A DNA stretch of 60,403 nt from Firmicutes bacterium CAG:582 (GTDB lineage Bacteria; Bacillota_I; Bacilli_A; RF39; UBA660): positions 17,920 to 78,322 of the forward strand of contig FR884157.1 of assembly GCA_000435515.1 (NCBI GenBank). Reading direction: 5' to 3'. Positions 19,876 to 27,450 of this stretch are shown one piece after another (the stretch's first letter is position 1; each line of letters opens with the position of its first letter). The notes under the pieces were generated by a model. The model saw nothing but the letters and a program-made list of their open reading frames with translations, had not been told where the DNA came from and did no database searches. Position numbers and translations under genes: made by a program.

Positions 19876-21297
19876 CTAAATTGAAGATGGAGATTTTTTT
19901 ATTGTTCCATCAATTTCTATGATTGAACAATTAGAAATATTAGTTTTCTTTTCTTTGTAAAATCTTTCAATTGAATTTCCGTTATCAATCTTGACTATTA
20001 CATAAAATGAGTATGTTGATTCATATCTTTTAATATATATTGGAAGTTGCTTATCATACCCATGAATTAAATTGTTTTTGCTTAATTTAAATTCAATTAA
20101 AATCTTTTCTTTCATATTGTAAATCACAAATTCTATTTGCCCATTACCAACCTTTGGTTCAAATGAATAATCATATAGTTTTAGTTGCTTTGCTACCTCT
20201 AACACTATAATAAATAATCTATGACTTGTAACTTCTTTTCTAACATTACGCCTCTTTGTCTTTGAATCGATATAATAAAGTTCCTCATTTAAGCCTAAAT
20301 CTTCTAGACATCTCTTATAAACAAATAATAATTTATTTACAAATTCCTGTAATGAATTAGATGATTTTGTTAATTCTATAAAAACTTTTTTTTGTTCTAA
20401 TACCTTTTCTCTTATTACTTCTAGGTTATTTACAATCCCTAATGGGTCATGGGAATAATCATATATTTCTGCTTCTTTCATGTTTCCCTCATAAAGTAAT
20501 TGTTCCAATAATTCCTTATTTCCTAATAAGCATTCACGCATTTTTTCTTTTTTAGTTTCATTTATAGCCGAAATATTGATATATGCTGTATTAAAAAACT
20601 CACATAAATACTCTTTGATTTTTTGATTGTATTCAGATATTGATTGTATATCATAACCATTTAAAACATCGGGTATTTCACTTAATAAATCTGCTGGTAA
20701 TAAAAATAGTAATTTGCCACTTGGCCTTTTTAAATACTTTAATCCTGTTTCATAATTTATATAATAATCTTTTATACACAATTTTTCTATCATATTGTTT
20801 GAATATAAGCATAAATCATCATATATTATTCTACATATCATATCGCTTATTCTATCAACACCAATATTTTCTTGAACTAAAAATAATAATCTATACATAG
20901 TTGGATCATCAATATCTTGATTAACTATTTCCTTCAAAGTTAACAAACATTTTTCAGCTGTTTTTCCAGTTAAACCATTGCCGTCAGTTGATTTCATACT
21001 TGTACCCAGCCCAATACCACTTGGTTCCGGAAAGTTAAAATGCTTTTTAACTGCTTTCCAATACAAATCATTACAATTCGTTTTTTTCAATAGATTTATG
21101 GTTGTTTGATAATGTTCTATAATTTTTTGCTTAGAATTTTTAAATTCAGGTATATTACATTCTGACAATAATTTTGGGTTTAAGAATAATGGAGTATCAA
21201 AATATACTAACGAATCCAAAACACCTAATTTTTCAAATATTTCAGATTTAATATTATAATAATCACTTATTTTTATTAATAGACTATCCTTATTCAT
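19876..21297 (-). CDS. PD-(D/E)xK nuclease-domain protein with QxxxY motif (RecB/Cas4/DUF4263 Shedu-like C-terminus), novel N-terminal region
   Basis: The C-terminal ~90 aa read FEPKVGNGQIEFVIY...ILIEFKLS...DKQLPIY, matching the E/D...ExK...QxxxY pattern. Strong SD aggagg. 473 aa. Confidence 0.55.
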   Translation of the reverse strand: MNKDSLLIKISDYYNIKSEIFEKLGVLDSLVYFDTPLFLNPKLLSECNIPEFKNSKQKIIEHYQTTINLLKKTNCNDLYWKAVKKHFNFPEPSGIGLGTSMKSTDGNGLTGKTAEKCLLTLKEIVNQDIDDPTMYRLLFLVQENIGVDRISDMICRIIYDDLCLYSNNMIEKLCIKDYYINYETGLKYLKRPSGKLLFLLPADLLSEIPDVLNGYDIQSISEYNQKIKEYLCEFFNTAYINISAINETKKEKMRECLLGNKELLEQLLYEGNMKEAEIYDYSHDPLGIVNNLEVIREKVLEQKKVFIELTKSSNSLQEFVNKLLFVYKRCLEDLGLNEELYYIDSKTKRRNVRKEVTSHRLFIIVLEVAKQLKLYDYSFEPKVGNGQIEFVIYNMKEKILIEFKLSKNNLIHGYDKQLPIYIKRYESTYSFYVIVKIDNGNSIERFYKEKKTNISNCSIIEIDGTIKKSPSSI

Positions 21298-21323
21298 AAA
21301 ACTCCTCCTAATATAACATATAC

Positions 21324-22835
21324 TTATAAAACATTATTACTTTCAAATAATTCTTGTCTCTTTGATAAAAACGTTTTAGTTCTAGGTGTTAATACTTCAT
21401 CTGGCAATTTATCATTATATGTTATTAGATCAAAAAACATTTTGCTTTCTTCAGTTGCATCCAATTTGATAAGAATCTTTCCATCTTTTGAATCAAAACA
21501 ATAATAGTTACTATCAAATAAACCATGATGGTTACTACATAGCCAAACTCCATTATCTCCAGAATTTGCAAGAACGTATTTTTTGTAAAATGATTCATTA
21601 CAATGTTCATTATTCTTATCAATTAAATCTTTCATTTCAGGTTTTGATATTATAGCATTAATTTCCCCAGATGCTGTATTTTTTATATCACCTACTCCCC
21701 ACAAGTGTGCAGCCTCAAGAATATGTTCAATTTCACATCCACATAAATAACACTTAGTTTGAATACCTTTTTGCCTAATATTATTCTTAAACAATTCTTG
21801 ATTTCTTAGAATATTATTACTTTTTGCCTTTTCATACTGATTTTTTTCTCTTTCAAATTGATGCAATATTTCTTCAGATGTCTCGTAGTGTATATCCAAA
21901 TTTGCTTTTTCAATTAACTTTAATATTGGGCCAGTAAAGCCAGTTGATTGTTTATAATTTTCTTTACCATCACTAAGATTATATAGTTGTGTCCCGAATA
22001 AAAATTCTAAATCTTTATTCTCTTTTTTTGCAAGTATAATTAATGTCCACATCGTAAAGAAACTATCATAACCTTCTGCAGATAATGTTTTAAAAGTATA
22101 AATATATTTTTGATTAGGAATAATATGTACTCCATCTTCATCTATTTCATCTTTTGTAATATCATAGTTTTCATCAATACATTTTAAATATGAAGGTACA
22201 TTTCCAATATTCTTCTTTGATAAATACAATATATCATTTGCAAATTTATTAAATGAGATATATTTAATATCATCATGTGTTTCTTCCATACTAAAACCTA
22301 ATTGTTCATATTCTTTAAATGATATTTCATCAAGATTTAATATATCAAATCCAATAGTCGCTAACTTTCTATAATTCATAAGATTAGACAAATTTTTAGC
22401 ATAAGTTGTATTTGTATCTAATAAATAAAAATATAATTTAACATCTTTAGCGCTATTTTTAACATCATAATAATATTCAAAAACCTTATTTAATCCCTGA
22501 AATAAATATGTATTAGAATGATAACCATCTTTGCCATACACATACTTTCCACCTACTGTTTCTACTTCTTTCTTTTTATCTTCATCAAAGTTAGTATTTG
22601 AAAATCCTATAATATATTTTAATTTATCATTCTCAAAAACAGATATTGTTCTATTATGTTTATCAACAGATCTTTGAGCTTGTATAGTGGCACCTGGTAA
22701 TTCTTCAATCGAAATCTTAATTTTGTCAGGATCAATATCGACATTATCTTTTTTATATGCCCTTTTTATAGCGTCTTTATAAAATTTTTTATAAGTCGCA
22801 TAATTACAATTAAATATTTTAGCAACTATTTCCAT
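21324..22835 (-). CDS. HNH-type restriction endonuclease (probable type IIS R subunit)
   Basis: The C-terminal CYLCGCEIEHILEAAHLWGV....NGVWLCSNHHGLFD matches the HNH_2-type motif of restriction enzymes. The large N-terminal region is presumed to be the recognition domain. I moved the start to the ATG preceded by ggagg; the ORF track begins 12 nt upstream. Confidence 0.7.
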   Translation of the reverse strand: MEIVAKIFNCNYATYKKFYKDAIKRAYKKDNVDIDPDKIKISIEELPGATIQAQRSVDKHNRTISVFENDKLKYIIGFSNTNFDEDKKKEVETVGGKYVYGKDGYHSNTYLFQGLNKVFEYYYDVKNSAKDVKLYFYLLDTNTTYAKNLSNLMNYRKLATIGFDILNLDEISFKEYEQLGFSMEETHDDIKYISFNKFANDILYLSKKNIGNVPSYLKCIDENYDITKDEIDEDGVHIIPNQKYIYTFKTLSAEGYDSFFTMWTLIILAKKENKDLEFLFGTQLYNLSDGKENYKQSTGFTGPILKLIEKANLDIHYETSEEILHQFEREKNQYEKAKSNNILRNQELFKNNIRQKGIQTKCYLCGCEIEHILEAAHLWGVGDIKNTASGEINAIISKPEMKDLIDKNNEHCNESFYKKYVLANSGDNGVWLCSNHHGLFDSNYYCFDSKDGKILIKLDATEESKMFFDLITYNDKLPDEVLTPRTKTFLSKRQELFESNNVL

Positions 22836-22847
22836 AACTACCTCCAC

Positions 22848-24725
22848 CTAATAATTTATCACTATTATCTCTTGTCTATCTTGCCTATTTCTCAATGTCA
22901 TTTTGTCATTTTTTATTACTGTATATCCATTGTCTTTAATCCATTTTTTTAAATGTTGATTTTCTATCGAATTCCTTGTCATCATATTAGATAGCATAAA
23001 TTTTATACCTCTTTTATGAAGTCTAGTTAAAAACTCCAATAATTCTTTTTCTTGTGTTTCATCCCAACCATTAAATCCTCTTTTGCCATCGTTGTAAGCC
23101 CCACATGAATTCAAATAAGGTGGATCGCAGTATACAAAATCACCCTTTTCTATATCTTTTTCAAATCTTTTATAATCCATTGATTTGAATACTATATTCA
23201 TGCTTTTTGCTTTAATAGAATACGAAACTAGCTTTTCTAACATCTCTTGATTATATCCTGAATTTCCACATGGATTGTTAAATTCCATTTTATTATTAAA
23301 TCTTATTTGATGTTCAAAACCATAACATATTAATAAATATAAATCCAAAGGATTTCTTGAACCTTTTTCCAAAGAATTATACTTATCTCTAAACAAGTTG
23401 TATGCTTCCTTATTCTTTTTTTCTAAACCATATTTTTTTATAGTTTTTTCTATGTAATTATAAGTTGTAAAAAATTGGTCATGTGCTATCTTTTCAAGTA
23501 AATCCCTAACAACCCAATTAATGTCATTATATACAACTTTATCAGCTTTAGCATTTATTGAAACTGTTCCGCCACCACCAAACAAATCATAGAAAGTGCT
23601 AATTTTTTTAGGAAAGTTGTTTTTCAATAAAGGAAGAACATCCCATTTTCCTCCTATATAATTCAATGGTGAAATATAATTTGTATCAAAATCTTTTTCT
23701 ATATAAAATAACCATTCATAATGTTCTTTATTTTTTGTGTTGTTTTTAATTTCTCTATTTACTGCACGAGTACTTTTATATTTTACAAAATTAATTTTTT
23801 TAAATTCGTAGGTACCTTCCTTTGCATATCTTTTTAAAACTTTTTCAATATATTCTTTTGACATAATCCCTGCATCACTGTAGCTAAAAATAATATGTTT
23901 AAAATTAGCATTAGCTATCAACTTTTCAAATTCTTCATGAACATAACCTTTTTTACACCATTTTGATATTTGATTTCCATTATCTCTATGTGCACCTACA
24001 CCATGAGTTTTAGGGTTATCATTTTTTGCAATTGTTTCAAGAACATGATACTGACTAATATATTGAGTTGGTGTATATGGCGGATCTAAATATAAAATAT
24101 CCCCACTTATTTTAGTTATTAAATCATTAACATCTTCAATATATACTTCATTTTGATACTTTGCATTTGGTAATGATTCTAATGGAATAAATTCCATCCT
24201 TTTTACTGATCTTGGATCCCAAATTTTTAGGAAGGCTGAATAAACACCTGCTACATTTGAAACTTTACTAACACTTTCTAATAAACTTCCTATTAAATAA
24301 TACTTTTCATATTCGTTTATTTTCTTCTCATCAAACCATACATCTATTGTATTTCTGATAAAATCAATCATTTTAGCATTTTCATCAGAAAAATATTGTC
24401 TTCCTGAAATAGTTGGTGCAAAATTATTATAGCAAAAACCTGAAACATAATTCGATGTATCTATATTATTAAAATAATCAAATGGATCAAAACCTAATTC
24501 TCTGAAAAAATCTTTATTATATTTTAACTTTCCGTTAGATATTACGTATGAAAAATATAATGTATCATTTGCTAAAATTTCAAATCTATCTTTAAAATAA
24601 TCTCCTACAGCACAAGTCCCGGAAAACAAGTCACAAAAAACTGCTCCTTTTTTGCCAATTTTTTTTTGATTAATCAATTTTTCTAATTTATCTAATAATT
24701 TTGCTTTATTGCCAATATATCTCAT
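22848..24725 (-). CDS. tandem two-domain N6-adenine DNA methyltransferase (Dam/D12 class x2, FokI-methylase-like)
   Basis: Two complete sets of Dam motifs are present: RYIGNKAKLL / FCDLFSGTCAVG / LYLDPPY, and NYIGGKWDVL / FYDLFGGGGTVS / VYCDPPY. I placed the start at the ATG after ggagg. Confidence 0.85.
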   Translation of the reverse strand: MRYIGNKAKLLDKLEKLINQKKIGKKGAVFCDLFSGTCAVGDYFKDRFEILANDTLYFSYVISNGKLKYNKDFFRELGFDPFDYFNNIDTSNYVSGFCYNNFAPTISGRQYFSDENAKMIDFIRNTIDVWFDEKKINEYEKYYLIGSLLESVSKVSNVAGVYSAFLKIWDPRSVKRMEFIPLESLPNAKYQNEVYIEDVNDLITKISGDILYLDPPYTPTQYISQYHVLETIAKNDNPKTHGVGAHRDNGNQISKWCKKGYVHEEFEKLIANANFKHIIFSYSDAGIMSKEYIEKVLKRYAKEGTYEFKKINFVKYKSTRAVNREIKNNTKNKEHYEWLFYIEKDFDTNYISPLNYIGGKWDVLPLLKNNFPKKISTFYDLFGGGGTVSINAKADKVVYNDINWVVRDLLEKIAHDQFFTTYNYIEKTIKKYGLEKKNKEAYNLFRDKYNSLEKGSRNPLDLYLLICYGFEHQIRFNNKMEFNNPCGNSGYNQEMLEKLVSYSIKAKSMNIVFKSMDYKRFEKDIEKGDFVYCDPPYLNSCGAYNDGKRGFNGWDETQEKELLEFLTRLHKRGIKFMLSNMMTRNSIENQHLKKWIKDNGYTVIKNDKMTLRNRQDRQEIIVINY

Positions 24726-24753
24726 AACTTCCTCCACTACTTGTTTTTATTGT

Positions 24754-25590
24754 TTAAAATAACTCTTTTACAATTAAATCTTGTGAATGTAAATTATTAT
24801 TTTTACCTAATAATAAATTTTCATAAAATTTAACTAAGTAACTACTTTCTTCTTTTATATTTAAATAATTATTAAAATAATTACTTCTAACTAATGCATT
24901 TCTAAAATATACTGATTTATCTTTAAATAAAGTATTATCTACTTCATATCCTAAATTAATTAAATATTTTTCAATAAATAATGCTGTAGTTCTAGTATTA
25001 CCTTCTCTAAATGGATGTACTTGCCATATACTAGATGAAAACTTAGTAATATTGTTTATTACTTCTACAACACTCATATCTTTATAATTTTTTTCTTTTT
25101 CTAAAGATATATCATATTCTAATGATTCTTTTAATGTCTTACAATCACCATAAGCTACTGAATCATTATTAAGTATTTTTTCATGTTTAGAAAAATCTAT
25201 ATTTCTAAATTCTCCTGCAAACTCATAAACATCTTGAAATAAATATTTATGAATGTATTTTAAATAATCTACAGATAATTCAAAATTATCAATTTGTAAT
25301 AATTCAACAATTCTCGTTGCTACAAAATCACATTCTAATTCATTATGATTTAATTCTTGTTTTTTATCTTTTTCTATATAATATTCTCTTAATTCTTCCT
25401 CTACTTGTTTAATAGTTAAATTACCACTTACATTTTCTTCTAATAATTTTTCTAAATATTTAGAAGGTTTTAAATTATCAACTTCTTGAAGGCCTATAGC
25501 CATATCCCATTCTAGTTGTTTTACATATCCTTCTGGTTTAATTTCTTCAATATAATCAATATTACTTGAATCCAATTCTTTTTCACTCAT
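24754..25590 (-). CDS. Fic-domain protein with N-terminal VbhA-like segment and degenerate active-site motif
   Basis: HPFREGNTRTTA compares with the canonical HxFx(D/E)GNGRxxR. The N-terminal AIGLQEVDNLKPS..L..L....SGNLT resembles the VbhA antitoxin helix (..RLEGLEP..). Confidence 0.75.
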   Translation of the reverse strand: MSEKELDSSNIDYIEEIKPEGYVKQLEWDMAIGLQEVDNLKPSKYLEKLLEENVSGNLTIKQVEEELREYYIEKDKKQELNHNELECDFVATRIVELLQIDNFELSVDYLKYIHKYLFQDVYEFAGEFRNIDFSKHEKILNNDSVAYGDCKTLKESLEYDISLEKEKNYKDMSVVEVINNITKFSSSIWQVHPFREGNTRTTALFIEKYLINLGYEVDNTLFKDKSVYFRNALVRSNYFNNYLNIKEESSYLVKFYENLLLGKNNNLHSQDLIVKELF

Positions 25591-25594
25591 TTAA

Positions 25595-25900
25595 TTAATC
25601 CCCTATCTTTTCAATATACTTTATTATCACATACTGCCTAATCATTGCCTCTAAAGTACATAACGTATCGTATTGGTTACTACTTATTTCATCATTTGGT
25701 TTAGTATAATAATTAGCAACTTCTATTTTTTCTCTATATTTATTAATAGTGTCAATAATAAACTTTTGAATTTCATCACTTGTTGTTTTGTTAGTCAACA
25801 AATAGTTTTTATATTTATTAATTTTACTTAACTCTTCAAAAATTTCCTTTTTATCTTTTTCATCATTTATACAATCCAAAAAATTCATATTGTCACTCAT
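25595..25900 (-). CDS. small acidic helical protein (101 aa), between the AbiEi-like and Fic genes
   Basis: This ORF overlaps the upstream gene by 8 nt and ends 4 nt before the Fic start. No (S/T)xxxE(G/N) motif was found. Confidence 0.5.
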   Translation of the reverse strand: MSDNMNFLDCINDEKDKKEIFEELSKINKYKNYLLTNKTTSDEIQKFIIDTINKYREKIEVANYYTKPNDEISSNQYDTLCTLEAMIRQYVIIKYIEKIGD

Positions 25901-26501
25901 ATCTTACTGCATAATCTACTAAAGTTCTAACTTTTTCATATATATTAAACACTTTAGAATACTCTAGTAATTTATCTATATCTTTATCACTACTATTAAA
26001 ATAATCGTGTAATATATTATTTTGTAATTCTAAGTCAAAATCATCACTCTTTAAAATATCACAAATACATCTTTCTGCATTATATACTTTAATTGGATTA
26101 TTAAACATATTATTAATTTCTTTAATTCCAATATTATAATATTTATCTGCGACATAGTGCACTTTATAATTACTTAATACTCTTTTCTTACTATTAACAG
26201 TTATTTCTATTTCTTCTTGCAATTCATTTATTAAACCTAGCATACTTAATGCTGTCTTATATGAATATATCGCATCAGGATATCTTTTTTGAAAAACATA
26301 TTCGTCATCAACTAATATATTGCTATCAATATATAAACCATGTGAAACTTTATTTATTAAACCATTATCAACATATTTTTTTATTAATGGTTTACTAATA
26401 TTTAGCTTTAAAAAATCTGATGTAGATATATATCCATGATTAGCATCTAAAAACTGTTTAATTTTATCTTCATTAGTCATAGAATCACCATTTACTTTCA
26501 T
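25893..26501 (-). CDS. AbiEi-like (type IV TA antitoxin / wHTH regulator family) protein
   Basis: GYISTSDFLKL......KKYVDNGLINKVSHGLYID and AERCICDILKS. It is a paralogue of 14892-15515. The true start may be the internal ATG at 26480. Confidence 0.65.
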   Translation of the reverse strand: MKVNGDSMTNEDKIKQFLDANHGYISTSDFLKLNISKPLIKKYVDNGLINKVSHGLYIDSNILVDDEYVFQKRYPDAIYSYKTALSMLGLINELQEEIEITVNSKKRVLSNYKVHYVADKYYNIGIKEINNMFNNPIKVYNAERCICDILKSDDFDLELQNNILHDYFNSSDKDIDKLLEYSKVFNIYEKVRTLVDYAVRYE

Positions 26502-26845
26502 AACAATATTATATCATTTTATTATATTTGAGTAAATAAAATTTACACAATAAAAATAATAAATTTTCAGTAACTGTCAGATACTAATTATATGGGTCTT
26601 AGGATACTCCCTAACAAGCATTAAAGGGTGTGTCAACACCATGCTTGATATATTGTACAAGACTAGTAAGTTACCTCTTGTAAGTGGTGTAATTTTTTTA
26701 TTTTTTCTCAATGTTTTTTTCAAAAAATACTATTAATTTTTATAAAAAATAGCCACCAAATTTAACAAAATCCCATAAAAAAATGCAAAAACATTAAATA
26801 TAATTAATCAAATATTTTCGCATTTTCTTTAAAACAGGTAAATTT

Positions 26846-27127
26846 TTATTTTCTAGGCAAGCTTAATAAATTATCCGATGTTGTAGTATTAGGTGTACTT
26901 TTAACATACTTTTCACCGTTAGAACTTATTGCAGGTATTACATATGGACCATAATTTGATCCTACAGTAATACTTTTAGGATTCGACTTTACATAATCAT
27001 GAATAATAGCTTTTTTATACCATCCATCTTTACTATTAGAAAGATATATTTGATCAATTTCTAGCAAGCTATTTGAATATGCACATCCATTTTTCATTTT
27101 AATTGCTGTTGCAATAAAAGTAGACAT
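26846..27127 (-). CDS. DUF3892 domain protein
   Basis: The C-terminal ...GEKYVKSTPNTTTSDNLLSLP matches the DUF3892 hallmark (..NLLSLP). I placed the start at the ATG preceded by aaaggagg; the ORF track extends 11 codons further upstream. Confidence 0.65.
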   Translation of the reverse strand: MSTFIATAIKMKNGCAYSNSLLEIDQIYLSNSKDGWYKKAIIHDYVKSNPKSITVGSNYGPYVIPAISSNGEKYVKSTPNTTTSDNLLSLPRK

Positions 27128-27202
27128 ATTTCCTCCTTTCTGTTTCTTCAAATGTTGCACTTTGAGATAAAATATGCTACAATTACTACAGGTGTCGGGC
27201 CT

Positions 27203-27233
27203 ATAGTTTCACATTCACTGAAACTATTTTTTT
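27203..27233 (+). terminator. strong hairpin plus T-run on the plus strand, inside the DUF3892 5' leader region
   Basis: atagtttca-cattcac-tgaaactat (9-bp stem) followed by tttttt. No plus-strand gene lies upstream. Confidence 0.45.
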
Positions 27234-27404
27234 ATACAAGAACTCATATACGTAAAATACTTCTCAAATACCCTTGTATGCATTCATTATATATCAATAT
27301 GCATATTTTGTCAAGTTTCAAGTCATTTCTAACTAGCAAAATATATTTTTGAATACACATTTACATTTATTTAAAATATTGTTAGTCTTTTTTGACCAAT
27401 AATA

Positions 27405-27433
27405 TTGACTTTTGTAGCAGAAGATTATATAAT
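27405..27433 (+). promoter_or_regulatory. sigma-A-type promoter of the ATPase gene
   Basis: TTGACT, 17 nt, TATAAT, then SD gaggtg 5 nt before the ATG at 27451. Confidence 0.6.
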
Positions 27434-27450
27434 TATTTTGAGGTGTAATT

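Noticed and set aside
27152-27352. A 66-aa plus-strand ORF lies in the DUF3892/ATPase intergenic region.
   Set aside because: It has no SD, and the strong hairpin terminator at 27203-27233 lies inside it. It is more likely non-coding control sequence.
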